NCBI GenBank assembly: GCA_963845515.1
Contig: CAWJSR010000010.1
Coordinates: 156,623 to 220,622, forward strand
From: an uncultured delta proteobacterium
GTDB lineage: Bacteria > Myxococcota > Myxococcia > Myxococcales > Anaeromyxobacteraceae
Direction: 5' to 3'
Length of the DNA stretch: 64,000 nucleotides
The notes beneath the pieces are model-generated. The model was not told the DNA's origin. It worked only from the letters and a program-made list of their open reading frames with translations, and searched no databases. The position numbers and the translations under genes are program-made. Each line of letters begins with the position of its first letter. Within the stretch, counting starts at the first letter, position 1. Below, one piece after another: positions 50,588-60,934 of this stretch.

Positions 50588-51040
50588 ATGGGCTTTGAGT
50601 TCGGCGCTGTACTCGCGTTTGCCGTCGTATCCGTCGGCTTCGCCCTCGGCTCCATCTCGCTCTCCCGCCTCGTCGGCGCCCGCCTCGCGAACGCCGACAA
50701 GTCGACGATCTACGAGTGCGGCGAGCGCCCGATCGGCATCGCGTGGTTCAACTTCAACCCGCGCTTCTATCTGGTGGCGCTGGTCTTCGTGATCTTCGAG
50801 GTCGACATCGCCCTCACCTTCCCGGTCGTCACGGTCTACCGGGACTGGGTGGCCGCGGCGGCCCCGAGCTTCGCCTGGATCGCCTTCGCCGAGCTCTTCC
50901 TCTTCACGGCCATCCTCGTGGTCGGGCTGATCTGGGTCTGGGCGCACGGCGACCTGGAGTGGGTGAAGACGCTCGACAAGGCCTCGCCGCTCGGTGGCGC
51001 GCGCAATAGCGCAGAGGAATCGAAGCAAAAGGCAGCTTAG
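50588..51040 (+). CDS. nuoA: Complex I subunit A, copy 2
   Basis: IYECGE, RFYLVAL.F..FEVD and GDLEW. Confidence 0.92.
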   Translation: MGFEFGAVLAFAVVSVGFALGSISLSRLVGARLANADKSTIYECGERPIGIAWFNFNPRFYLVALVFVIFEVDIALTFPVVTVYRDWVAAAAPSFAWIAFAELFLFTAILVVGLIWVWAHGDLEWVKTLDKASPLGGARNSAEESKQKAA

Positions 51041-51082
51041 ATTGGTCGACATTAAGTATCGAAAGAACAGGAGGCCAAGGAC

Positions 51083-51610
51083 ATGGCAGTGAAGATGGAA
51101 GGCGAGGTCGGCGGCGACGTCACGCTGCTCAAGACCAGCCTGCTCGATCACTACATCGACCTCGCCCGCAAGAGCTCGATGTGGTACATGACGTTCGGTC
51201 TCGCCTGCTGCGGAATCGAGCTGATCCAGACGGGCGGCCCCCGCGCCGACGTGATGCGGTTCGGCGCCATTCCGCGCGCCTCGCCTCGCCAGTCCGACTT
51301 CATGATCGTGGCGGGGACGCTCACCTACAAGATGGCCGTCAGGCTCCGCCTCCTCTACGACCAGATGAGCGAGCCGAAGTACGTCCTGTCGATGGGCTCG
51401 TGCGCGAACTGCGGCGGTCTCTTCCAGCTCTCGTACTCGGTGTGCAAGGGAGTCGACAAGATCGTCCCCGTCGACGTCTACATCCCCGGCTGCCCGCCCC
51501 GTCCAGAGGCGCTCACCGAGGGGCTCATCCGGCTCCAGGAGATCGTGATGAGCGAGCGCTGGAGCGACAAGCGTCGCCCGAAGGCACCGGCGGCGGGAGG
51601 CACGGCTTAG
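51083..51610 (+). CDS. nuoB: Complex I subunit B, copy 2
   Basis: [18 protein letters not shown] and PGCPPRPE. Confidence 0.95.
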   Translation: MAVKMEGEVGGDVTLLKTSLLDHYIDLARKSSMWYMTFGLACCGIELIQTGGPRADVMRFGAIPRASPRQSDFMIVAGTLTYKMAVRLRLLYDQMSEPKYVLSMGSCANCGGLFQLSYSVCKGVDKIVPVDVYIPGCPPRPEALTEGLIRLQEIVMSERWSDKRRPKAPAAGGTA

Positions 51611-51728
51611 CCAATGCCCATGGCCGCGCGCTGCGGCTCTGGGAGGGACCGCTGGTCATCGCACGCGAGGCGAGAGGACACGCTGTACGACGGCGGGTCG
51701 CTCGCCTCGCAGTACGTCAGAGGAACGA

Positions 51729-52334
51729 ATGACGACTAATGAAATCCATGAGCGCCTGAAGGCACGGTTCGGCGACGACGTCGGCCCGCTCTCCGAGCCC
51801 AAGGTGGACTCCTTCGCCGTGGTGAAGGCCGAGCGGATCGTCGAGGTCTGCAGCCACCTCAAGACGACCCCGGGGCTGGACTTCGACTACCTCGAGGACG
51901 TCACCGCGATCGACTGGCCGAAGCGGAACGTGATCGAGGTCGTCTACCAGGCGATCTCGCTGAAGCACCGCCACCTCATCAAGCTCAAGGTCGAGGCCGA
52001 TCGCGCTAGCCCCGTCGTCCCGTCGATCACGGGCGTCTGGAAGGCCGCCAACTGGCTCGAGCGCGAGGTCTACGACCTCTTCGGCGTCACCTTCACCGGT
52101 CACCCGGACCTGCGCCGCATCATGCTGCCGGACGACTGGGTCGGTCACCCGCTCCGCAAGGACTACCAGGAGGCGGGCGGCTGGCACGGCATCGACAACG
52201 TGCGCGAGAGCTCGCTGGTCGAGCTGAAGCGGCTCGACGACAAGAGCCGCGCCGAGTACGCCGCTGCCAACCCGGCCCCTCCCGCTCCGCCGCCCGCCGC
52301 TGCACCGGCGCCGACCGAGCCCCCCAAGGCCTAG
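51729..52334 (+). CDS. nuoC: Complex I subunit C, copy 2
   Basis: [29 protein letters not shown]. Confidence 0.95.
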   Translation: MTTNEIHERLKARFGDDVGPLSEPKVDSFAVVKAERIVEVCSHLKTTPGLDFDYLEDVTAIDWPKRNVIEVVYQAISLKHRHLIKLKVEADRASPVVPSITGVWKAANWLEREVYDLFGVTFTGHPDLRRIMLPDDWVGHPLRKDYQEAGGWHGIDNVRESSLVELKRLDDKSRAEYAAANPAPPAPPPAAAPAPTEPPKA

Positions 52335-52353
52335 CGCAAGGAGAGAGAAGACT

Positions 52354-53494
52354 ATGGACAAGCTCATCCTGCGCCGCGTGGACCAGAACTCCGAGGAGAT
52401 GATCCTCAACTTCGGTCCGCAGCACCCCTCCACCCACGGCGTCATCAACTTCCTCGTCCAGACGGACGGCGAGGTGATCCGCACGGCGGTTCCGGACGTC
52501 GGGTACCTGCACCGCGGCATCGAGAAGATCGGCGAGATCGTCGGCTACCCGGGCTTCATGCCCTACACCGACCGCGTCGACTACGTCGCCGCGATGTTCG
52601 CCAACGAGGGGTACGCCATCGCCTGCGAGCGGCTGCTCAAGCTCGAGGTCCCGCAGCGCGCGCAGTACCTCCGCGCGGTGAGCTGCGAGCTCTGCCGCAT
52701 CGCGAGCCACCTCGTCTCGGTCGGCACGATGACGATGGACATCGGCGCCTTCACCCCGATGCTCCACGGCATCCGCGAGCGGGAGACGATCAACGACCTG
52801 ATCGAGGAGCTCTGCGGCGCGCGCCTCACGTACAACTACCACCGCATCGGCGGCGTCGCGTTCGACATGCCCGAGGGCTGGCGCGACAAGGTCCTGAAGT
52901 TCCTGGACCACTTCGACTCGTTCCTGCCCGAGTTCGACCGGCTGATCTCGTTCAACGAGCTCTACGTGAAGCGGCTCGCGAACGTCGCCGTCATCTCGCA
53001 CGCGAACGCCATCGAGTACGGCCTCGCCGGCCCGAACCTCCGCGCCTCCGGCGTCGACTGGGACATCCGGCGCGACCTGCCCTACGGCGCCTACGCCGAA
53101 CTTCAAGTTCGAGATCCCGGTCGGCAAGGGCTTCGTCGGCGTGGCTGGCGACGCGTTCGACCGGTTCTACGTGAAGTGCCTGGAGATGGGCGAGTCGTCG
53201 AAGATCGTCCGCCAGGCGCTCGAGTCGATGCCCGAGGGCGAGGTCATCGCGAAGGTCCCCCGGAAGCCGAAGCCCGAGGCGGGCGAGGCGACCGGCCGGG
53301 TCGAGTCCGCCCGCGGCGAGATCGCCTACTTCGTGGTCTCGGACGGGACGGACAAGGCCTACCGCGTCCGCGCCCGCACCGGTTCGTTCATGGCGATGGG
53401 CATCTGCGAGGACGCGTCGCCCGGCCTCATGATCGCCGACCTCGTCGCACTCATCGCCTCCCTCGACGTCGTCGCCCCGGAGATCGACCGCTAA
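52354..53494 (+). CDS. nuoD: Complex I subunit D, copy 2; single-base frameshift near 53096
   Basis: [11 protein letters not shown] and DRVDY. The C-terminal part ([22 protein letters not shown]) lies in the shifted frame, ORF 53141..53494. Confidence 0.9.
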
Positions 53495-54867
53495 TGGCCC
53501 CTCCCAGCCAAGGTGCAAAGCTCAAGGCGAAGAGCCTCGTCCTCATCACGCTGCTCATCGCTCCGGCGATCCCCATCGGCCTCCTCGGGGCGATCCTCTT
53601 CCTCACCGGCGTGACCAAGCCGCGCGTCCTCGACGGCTTCGTCCTCGAGGTCCTCGGCCACGATCCGGCGACCTGGGGCGGCACGTACCTCGTCTACGCC
53701 GGCGCGCTGGCCCTGCTCGCGCTCATCCTCCTCACCTTCGGCGCCGTCATCTCCGGCATGACCGTCTGGTGGGAGATGCGGGTCTCCTCCCGCATGCAGA
53801 GCCGCGTCGGCTACAACCGCGTGGGCGCGGCCGGCGCCTTCCAGTGGATCGCCGACGCCGTCAAGCTCCTCCTCAAGGAGGATCTGATCCCGGCCGAGGC
53901 CGACCAGCTGCTGTTCCGCTCGGCGCCCTACTTCGTCCTGACCGGCTTCGTCCTCACCTTCGTCGCCCTGCCCTTCGGCGAGAGCCTCATCGCGGCGGAC
54001 GTGAACGTCGGCATCTTCTACCTGACCGCGGTCACGGCCCTCATCGTGGTCGGGATCATCATCGCCGGCTGGTCGTCCAACTCGAAGTGGGCGCTCTTCG
54101 GCGGCATCCGCTCGGCCGCGCAGGTCATCTCCTACGAGATCCCGGCCGGCATCGCGGTCATGATTCCGATCCTGATGGCGGGCACGCTGTCGATGCAGGG
54201 GATCATCCGCGAGCAGGGCGCCTGGCCGTGGGAGTGGTTCGTCTTCCGGAACCCGGCTGCGCTCGTCGCCTTCGTCATCTACTTCATCTCCCAGCTCGCG
54301 GAGGGCAACCGGACCCCGTTCGACCTCCCCGAGGCCGAGTCAGAGCTGGTGGCCGGCTACCTCTCGGAGTACTCGGGCTTCCGCTTCGCCCTCTACTTCC
54401 TCGTCGAGTTCGGCAACCTCTGGGTGATGTCCGCCGTCGCGACCACCCTCTTCTTCGGCGGCTGGCAGGTCCCGTTCGTCGGTCAGCAGGACTACGCCAA
54501 CGCCTGGGGCGCCGGCTCCTTCCCGGCGCTCGGCTGGTGGGCGCTGCAGGCGCTCTCGATGCTGGTCTTCGTCATCAAGACCCTCGTCGTGCTGAACGTC
54601 GTGGTCTGGGTCCGGTGGACGCTCCCACGCATCCGCGTCGACCAGATGATGAACCTCTGCTGGAAGTTCCTCGTCCCGGCCGCGTTCGCGATGTTCGTCT
54701 TCACGCTCCTCTGGCAGATCCTGGTCGACCGCGTCCCGTCCGTCGAGACGGCGACGGGCTACGCGCTCTTCGGGGCGTTCGTCGTGACGCTGATCGCCTT
54801 CTCGCGCCAGACGCTCAAGAACATCGGCCTGGTCCGCGGCGACCGGATCGACCTCACCAACTGGTAA
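53494..54867 (+). CDS. nuoH: Complex I subunit H, copy 2
   Basis: ATG overlaps the nuoD stop (TAATG); [27 protein letters not shown] and PRIRVDQ. Confidence 0.93.
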   Translation: MAPPSQGAKLKAKSLVLITLLIAPAIPIGLLGAILFLTGVTKPRVLDGFVLEVLGHDPATWGGTYLVYAGALALLALILLTFGAVISGMTVWWEMRVSSRMQSRVGYNRVGAAGAFQWIADAVKLLLKEDLIPAEADQLLFRSAPYFVLTGFVLTFVALPFGESLIAADVNVGIFYLTAVTALIVVGIIIAGWSSNSKWALFGGIRSAAQVISYEIPAGIAVMIPILMAGTLSMQGIIREQGAWPWEWFVFRNPAALVAFVIYFISQLAEGNRTPFDLPEAESELVAGYLSEYSGFRFALYFLVEFGNLWVMSAVATTLFFGGWQVPFVGQQDYANAWGAGSFPALGWWALQALSMLVFVIKTLVVLNVVVWVRWTLPRIRVDQMMNLCWKFLVPAAFAMFVFTLLWQILVDRVPSVETATGYALFGAFVVTLIAFSRQTLKNIGLVRGDRIDLTNW

Positions 54868-54878
54868 CCGGAGAAGAA

Positions 54879-55544
54879 ATGGCCCAGTCCGTCCGCGAAT
54901 ACACCGGCGCCATCAAGGACACCTTCTCGTCCTTCTGGCACGGCCTATCCATCACGGCCTCCTACCTGCTGCGCCGTCCGGTCACAGTCCAGTACCCGGA
55001 CCGGACGCCGCTGCCGCTGCCCGACATGCTCCCGCCGCGCTACCGCGGCTTCCTCGAAGTGGACATGTCCATCTGCACGGGCTGCCAGGTCTGCGAGCGC
55101 ACCTGCCCGATCAACTGCATCCAGATCACGCTGGAGAAGGACCCGACCAACCCGAAGCTCCGCGCCATCACGCAGTTCGACATCGACGAGGCCAAGTGCA
55201 TGTTCTGTGGCCTCTGCGTCGAGCCGTGCCCCACCGGCGCCATCCAGCACACCCGCGAGTTCGAGGGGTCGGTGAAGGACATCCGCAACCTCACGATCCG
55301 CTGGGCCGACGCGCTCAACCCCACGCCGGTCTTCAAGGTCGACAAGACGGCCGAGTACTACCCGCGCGCGCCGCTCGGCACGCTGGTCCGTGCGAAGTTC
55401 GACGCGAAGCCGTGGAACGCCAAGGGACCGACGTTCCTGCCCCCGGCCCCGCCCGCGCCGAAGCCGGCCCCGGCCCCGGCGGCCAAGCCCGCCGCCCCCG
55501 CCCCCGCGGCGGCGGCCCCAACGAACCCCACCGAGTCGAAGTGA
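54879..55544 (+). CDS. nuoI: Complex I subunit I, copy 2
   Basis: TVQYP, RYRG, CTGCQVCERTCP, CMFCGLCVEPCP and a Pro/Ala tail. Confidence 0.94.
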   Translation: MAQSVREYTGAIKDTFSSFWHGLSITASYLLRRPVTVQYPDRTPLPLPDMLPPRYRGFLEVDMSICTGCQVCERTCPINCIQITLEKDPTNPKLRAITQFDIDEAKCMFCGLCVEPCPTGAIQHTREFEGSVKDIRNLTIRWADALNPTPVFKVDKTAEYYPRAPLGTLVRAKFDAKPWNAKGPTFLPPAPPAPKPAPAPAAKPAAPAPAAAAPTNPTESK

Positions 55545-55554
55545 GGATCGACCC

Positions 55555-56190
55555 ATGAAGAGCAACTTCGGAAAGCTGGTTCTCTGGGTCATCGGCTCGG
55601 CGCTGGTGGCCGGGTTCCTCGTCCTCATGACGGGCCGCGCGCTGCTCCCCGCGCTCGACTCGAACCCGCCGACGGCGACCGGCGCCGTGGGCGTCTCGGA
55701 CGTGATCTTCTACGCGCTGGCCGCCCTCACGGTAGGCGGCGCGGCGGGCGTGGCCCTCTCCCGCAACATCCTCTGGAGCGCGATCGGCCTCCTCTTCGCG
55801 CTCCTCGGCGTCGGCGGCCTCTACGTGCTGCTCTCGGCCGACTTCCTCGCCATCACGCAGCTGCTCATCTACATCGGCGGCGTCCTCACGCTGATCCTCT
55901 TCGCGGTGATGCTCACCAACCGGATCGCCGACGTGAACGTCTCCAACGTGAGCGCGGGGCTGTACGGCGGGTTCCTCATCTTCGTGGCCGTCCTCCCGGT
56001 GCTGCTCATCGTCGCGCTCGCCACGCCGTGGAACACGGCCGCGGGCGCCGCCGTCGCCTACTCGACCGAGCCCCTCGGGAACGCCCTCCTTACCCGCTGG
56101 CTGCTGCCGTTCGAGGTCGCTTCGCTCATCCTCCTGGCGACCCTCATCGGCGCCATCGTGATCGCCCGTAAGGAGATCAAGGCCGACTGA
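55555..56190 (+). CDS. nuoJ: Complex I subunit J
   Basis: ADFLA.TQLLIYIGG..LILFAVML and LLPFE; extra N-terminal TM helix. Confidence 0.93.
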   Translation: MKSNFGKLVLWVIGSALVAGFLVLMTGRALLPALDSNPPTATGAVGVSDVIFYALAALTVGGAAGVALSRNILWSAIGLLFALLGVGGLYVLLSADFLAITQLLIYIGGVLTLILFAVMLTNRIADVNVSNVSAGLYGGFLIFVAVLPVLLIVALATPWNTAAGAAVAYSTEPLGNALLTRWLLPFEVASLILLATLIGAIVIARKEIKAD

Positions 56191-56248
56191 CGGCGGCCCC
56201 TCGGACCCCTGGACCAGGCCGCGACGTCGCCGGCCTCCTGGAGAGAAC

Positions 56249-56560
56249 ATGCTGCAGGCTTCGCTCCCACATTTCCTAGTAGTCGGCGCCCTGCTCTTCG
56301 CGCTCGGGCTCGTGACGGTCTCCACACGGCGGAACGCCGTCGGAGTCCTCATGGGCATCGAGCTCATGCTGAACGCCGCCAACATCAACTTCGTCGCGTT
56401 CAACCGCTACGTGATCGGCGACGTCTCCGGCCAGGTCTTCGGCCTCTTCGTGATCGTCATGGCGGCGGCGGAGGCTGCAGTCGGCCTCGCAATCGTCCTC
56501 GCGATCTTCCAGACCTTCAAGACCATCGACGTCCGCGAAGCGGACCTCATGCGAGAGTGA
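56249..56560 (+). CDS. nuoK: Complex I subunit K
   Basis: RRN, IELMLNA, GQVF and AAAEAAVGLA. Confidence 0.95.
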   Translation: MLQASLPHFLVVGALLFALGLVTVSTRRNAVGVLMGIELMLNAANINFVAFNRYVIGDVSGQVFGLFVIVMAAAEAAVGLAIVLAIFQTFKTIDVREADLMRE

Positions 56561-56561
56561 G

Positions 56562-59228
56562 ATGACTGAAACTCACGAGCTGGGTCGAATCGCCGTAACC
56601 CAAGTCGGGTATCTCTGGCTCATTCCGCTCTTCCCGGCGATCGGAGCGGTCTGGAACGCCGTCCTCGGCTGGAAGCTGCAGCGGATCCTGGGGAAGCGTG
56701 CGGTGCACTTCGTCGCAGTGGGCGCGATGATGGCGTCCTTCGCGGTGGCGCTGACCGCCTTCTTCCAGATGAAGGGGCTCCCCGCCGAGGAGCGGTTCCT
56801 CCAGAACACGCTCTGGAACCTGCTCACGGCCGGCCGGCTGAGCGTGGACTTCGCGTTCGCGCTCGACCAGCTGTCGATGATGATGGTGCTGATCATCACC
56901 TTCATCGGCACGCTCATCCACGTCTTCTCCATCGGCTACATGGCCGACGAGCCGTCCTACTGGCGGTTCTTCTCGTACCTCAACCTGTTCGTCTTCGCGA
57001 TGCTCCTCCTGGTGATGGGGGACAACTTCGCGGTGATGTTCTTCGGGTGGGAAGGCGTCGGTCTCGCCAGCTACCTGCTGATCGCCTTCTGGTACACCGA
57101 CCGCGAGAAGGCCGCGGCCGGCATGAAGGCCTTCGTGGTCAACCGGTTCGGCGACTTCGGCTTCCTCGCCGGCCTCTTCCTCCTCTTCTGGGGGCTCGGC
57201 GGCGCGTGGGACGCGAGCCGCAGCGGGGTCCTCCCAGCCTACGTCCCGGATCCCGCCCGCGCGCCACTCGCCTCGGCGGCGAACGCGACCGAGTACGGCA
57301 AGGGCACCCAGTTCCTCGTGGCCGCGCCCGCTCCTGCTCACGAGGCGGCCCACGCCGGCGAAGGGCACGAGGCCGCGCCCGCCGAAGGACACGGAGAGCC
57401 CGCAGCGGCCGAGCACGGCGCGCCCGCACCCGAGGAAGGGCACGCAGCAGCAGCCGAGCCCGCGCCCGAGGGGCACGCGGCGGCGCCGGTCATGGTCCCT
57501 GCCGGTCCCACCATGAACTTCCGTGAGCTGCGCGATCAGCTCGTGCTGAACACCGGCGTAAAGGAAGGGCTCCTCGGCCAGAAGTTCTGGGGCGTCTCGC
57601 TCCTGACGCTCATCGGCATGCTCCTGTTCATCGGCGCCATGGGCAAGAGCGCCCAGCTCCCCCTCTACGTCTGGCTCCCGGACGCGATGGCCGGCCCGAC
57701 GCCGGTCTCCGCCCTCATCCACGCCGCCACCATGGTCACCGCCGGCGTCTACATGGTGGCCCGGCTCAACTTCGTCTTCGCCTTGTCGCCGAGCGCGATG
57801 GGATGGGTGGCCCTCATCGGCGCCGTCACCGCCCTCTTCGCCGCGTCGATCGGCTTCTTTCAGTACGACATCAAGAAGGTCCTCGCCTACTCGACGGTGT
57901 CGCAGCTGGGCTTCATGTTCATCGGCGTCGGCATCGGCTCCTACTGGGCCGGCGTCTACCACCTCCTGACCCACGCCTTCTTCAAGGCGACGCTCTTCCT
58001 CGGGTCGGGCTCGGTGATCCTCGGGTGCCACCACGAGCAGGACATGCGGAAGATGGGCGGCCTCAAGAAGCTCATGCCCATCACCCGCTGGACGTACCTC
58101 TACGCCTGCATCGCGATCGCCGGCTTCCCGATCGCGAACGGCTTCTACTCCAAGGACGAGATCCTCTGGAAGGCCTTCACGGCCCGTCACCTGGCGCTCT
58201 TCGGGACGCCGACCCCCTGGCTCGGCCCGGCGATCTACGTCATGGGCATCATCGCGGCGACCGGCACCGCGTTCTACATGTACCGGTCGTACTACATGAC
58301 CTTCACCGGCGAGTACCGCGGCGGCGAGGGGCACCACGCGAGCCACAACGAGGACCCGCACTCGGCGGCGGCGACGCACATGTCGGCCACCTCCATCGCG
58401 GTCCACGCGTCGGACGGCGGCGCGCACGTCGCGGCTGCCCACGACGCCGGTCACGGACACGACGCGCACGCGGCCCACGGCCACGACGACGCCCACGCGG
58501 CAGACGCCCACGCCCACGGCGCAGACGCGCACGACGAGGAGGACGACGCGCACGACACGCACGGCGGTCACCACGGCGGCACGCCGCACGAGTCGCCCTG
58601 GACCATCACGGTCGTCCTGTCCGCCCTCGCGATCGGGTCCGGCCTCACCCTCTTCCTCGGCATCCCGATGGCCTGGACCGGAAAGGCGCCGATCCTCGAG
58701 CACTGGCTCGAGCCGGTCCTGGTCGCTCAGGAGGGCGTGCCCTTCATCCACGGCAGCCACACCCAGGAGTTGCTCTTCCAGGCGATCGGCGTCGCGATCG
58801 CCTTCGTCGGCTGGCTCGCCGCGCGCGCCCTCTACAAGGACAACAAGCGCGAGGCCGCCCTGGCCGCCAACATCGAGCGGTTCAAGGGGATCTGGACCGT
58901 CGTCTACAACAAGTATTACGTGGACGAGCTCTACGCGAAGACCGTGATCGCCGGGTCGATGGCGTGGTCCAGGACGTGCTCCTGGTTCGACGCGAACATC
59001 GTCGACCGGATCGTGAACCTCGCCGGAACCGTCACGCGGGCCTTCGCCAACCTCGACGGCGCCATCGACAAGTACATCGTCGACGGCGCGGTCAACGCGG
59101 TGGCCGACGGCACGGCCGCGCTCGGCAAGGGCCTACGGCAGTTCCAGACCGGCCGGATCCAGACCTACCTCTACGGCGCGCTCGGCGGAGCGCTCGTGGT
59201 GGTCCTCATCAACTTCCTCATCAAGTAG
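56562..59228 (+). CDS. nuoL: Complex I subunit L with two large His-rich insertions
   Basis: GWEGVG, NRFGD, GKSAQLPL..WLPDAMAGPTPVSALIHAATMV and THAFFKA; 888 aa. Confidence 0.96.
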   Translation: MTETHELGRIAVTQVGYLWLIPLFPAIGAVWNAVLGWKLQRILGKRAVHFVAVGAMMASFAVALTAFFQMKGLPAEERFLQNTLWNLLTAGRLSVDFAFALDQLSMMMVLIITFIGTLIHVFSIGYMADEPSYWRFFSYLNLFVFAMLLLVMGDNFAVMFFGWEGVGLASYLLIAFWYTDREKAAAGMKAFVVNRFGDFGFLAGLFLLFWGLGGAWDASRSGVLPAYVPDPARAPLASAANATEYGKGTQFLVAAPAPAHEAAHAGEGHEAAPAEGHGEPAAAEHGAPAPEEGHAAAAEPAPEGHAAAPVMVPAGPTMNFRELRDQLVLNTGVKEGLLGQKFWGVSLLTLIGMLLFIGAMGKSAQLPLYVWLPDAMAGPTPVSALIHAATMVTAGVYMVARLNFVFALSPSAMGWVALIGAVTALFAASIGFFQYDIKKVLAYSTVSQLGFMFIGVGIGSYWAGVYHLLTHAFFKATLFLGSGSVILGCHHEQDMRKMGGLKKLMPITRWTYLYACIAIAGFPIANGFYSKDEILWKAFTARHLALFGTPTPWLGPAIYVMGIIAATGTAFYMYRSYYMTFTGEYRGGEGHHASHNEDPHSAAATHMSATSIAVHASDGGAHVAAAHDAGHGHDAHAAHGHDDAHAADAHAHGADAHDEEDDAHDTHGGHHGGTPHESPWTITVVLSALAIGSGLTLFLGIPMAWTGKAPILEHWLEPVLVAQEGVPFIHGSHTQELLFQAIGVAIAFVGWLAARALYKDNKREAALAANIERFKGIWTVVYNKYYVDELYAKTVIAGSMAWSRTCSWFDANIVDRIVNLAGTVTRAFANLDGAIDKYIVDGAVNAVADGTAALGKGLRQFQTGRIQTYLYGALGGALVVVLINFLIK

Positions 59229-59246
59229 TTTCAAGGAGCAAGGCCC

Positions 59247-60914
59247 ATGAACAACTTCCTGTTCTTCAGTGAAGGGAACGTCCTCAGCTGGGCGACCTTC
59301 TTCCCGCTGATCGGCACGGGTCTCATCGGACTGATGCTCGCCCTGCGCGCCGTCGTCAGCATCCCGAAGAAGGTCGCCGACGACGCCGCGCGCTGGATCG
59401 CCCTCGTCACCAGCGCCCTGTCGTTCCTCGCGGCCATCGGCGCCTGGATGATGTTCGACACCGCGAACACGGGCGCACAGCTCACCCAGCGCTTCGTCTG
59501 GATCCGGGGCTTCAACATCGAGTTCTTCGTCGGCGCCGACGGGCTCTCGATCTCGATGGTGCTCCTCTCCGGGCTCGTCTCCTTCATCGCCACGATCGCC
59601 TCGATGCCGTGGTGGTCGGGCGCGAAGGACAAGGAGATGGCCGGCATGGTCGATGACGGCCATGACGACCCGCACCACCCGAAGCACTTCTCGATCCGGA
59701 TGGTGCCGGGCTACATGGCGATGCTGCTCCTCCTCCAGACCGGCATGATGGGGACGTTCGTCGCCCTCGACATGTTCCTCTTCTACGTGTTCTGGGAAGT
59801 CATGCTCCTCCCGATGTACTTCCTCATCGGCGTCTGGGGCGGTCCGCGCAAGGAGTACGCGGCGATCAAGTTCTTCCTCTACACCCTCGCCGGCTCCGTG
59901 CTGATGCTCATCGCGATCATCGGCCTCTACTACAACAGCCTGCCCTCGACGCTGGTCGACGGGACGGTCACGCCGCACACCTTCAACCTCCTGACGCTCG
60001 CCGAGCAGGGCCGGCAGGGCGTCTTCGCCGCCGCCCCGCTGCTGCTGGGGATGAAGTTCACCTACGTCGTCTTCGTCTTCCTCTTCATCGGGTTCGCCAT
60101 CAAGATCCCGATGTTCCCGTTCCACACCTGGCTGCCCGACGCCCACGTCGAGGCCCCGACGCCGATCTCCGTCATCCTGGCCGGCGTGCTCTTGAAGATG
60201 GGGCCGTACGGCATCCTGCGCTTCAACTTCGGGATCCTCCCGGACGCGACCCGCTGGGCCGCCGACGCGATCGCCATCTTCGGCGTCATCAACATCGTCT
60301 ACGCCGCGTTCGTCTGCCTCGCGCAGAAGGACCTGAAGAAGATGATCGCCTACTCCTCCGTGTCGCACATGGGCTTCAGCCTCCTCGGCATGGCGTCCAT
60401 GACCCAGACCGGGATCTCCGGGGCGGTCTTCAACCTCTTCACCCACGGCATCATCAGCTCCATGCTCTTCCTCATCGTGGGCGTGATCTACGACCGCGCC
60501 CACCACCGCGAGATCGAGAAGTTCGGCGGCCTCGCCACGGTGATCCCCGAGTACACCGCCGTCATGGGGCTCGCCTTCTTCGCGTCGCTCGGCCTCCCCG
60601 GCCTCTGCGGCTTCATCTCCGAGTTCATGGTCTTCTCGGGGACGTTCCCCACCTACACGACGCTGGTCGTCATCTCGGCGATCAGCGTGATCATCACGGC
60701 GGCGTACTACCTGTTCGCCATCCACCGGATGTTCCTCGGCAAGCTCAACCCGATCTACAAGGGGTACCCCGACCTCAACTGGCGTGAGCGGATGGCTCTC
60801 TACCCGCTCGGCCTGATCGCCATCTTCCTCGGCTTCTACCCCCAGGCAGTGCTCGGGGCGATCAACGGGACGCTCGCCACCCTGATCGAGTCCGTCAAGA
60901 CGGGCGCACTCTAG
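59247..60914 (+). CDS. nuoM: Complex I subunit M
   Basis: FYVFWE, KIPMFPFHTWLPDAHVEAPT, LLKMG and AYSSVSHMG. Confidence 0.96.
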   Translation: MNNFLFFSEGNVLSWATFFPLIGTGLIGLMLALRAVVSIPKKVADDAARWIALVTSALSFLAAIGAWMMFDTANTGAQLTQRFVWIRGFNIEFFVGADGLSISMVLLSGLVSFIATIASMPWWSGAKDKEMAGMVDDGHDDPHHPKHFSIRMVPGYMAMLLLLQTGMMGTFVALDMFLFYVFWEVMLLPMYFLIGVWGGPRKEYAAIKFFLYTLAGSVLMLIAIIGLYYNSLPSTLVDGTVTPHTFNLLTLAEQGRQGVFAAAPLLLGMKFTYVVFVFLFIGFAIKIPMFPFHTWLPDAHVEAPTPISVILAGVLLKMGPYGILRFNFGILPDATRWAADAIAIFGVINIVYAAFVCLAQKDLKKMIAYSSVSHMGFSLLGMASMTQTGISGAVFNLFTHGIISSMLFLIVGVIYDRAHHREIEKFGGLATVIPEYTAVMGLAFFASLGLPGLCGFISEFMVFSGTFPTYTTLVVISAISVIITAAYYLFAIHRMFLGKLNPIYKGYPDLNWRERMALYPLGLIAIFLGFYPQAVLGAINGTLATLIESVKTGAL

Positions 60915-60934
60915 ACCGTCTTCCGGAGACCACG

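Noticed and set aside
47658..53494. Either cluster as a group 4 [NiFe]-hydrogenase
   Set aside because: Both NuoD copies lack the N- and C-terminal CxxC nickel ligands and carry quinone-site motifs instead (HP.THG, DR..Y).
52354..54867. Apparent 837-aa NuoD-NuoH fusion in the ORF track
   Set aside because: The middle third is off-frame. The true NuoD C-terminus is in another frame ending at 53494, where TAATG couples to the nuoH start. One indel near 53096 explains it.
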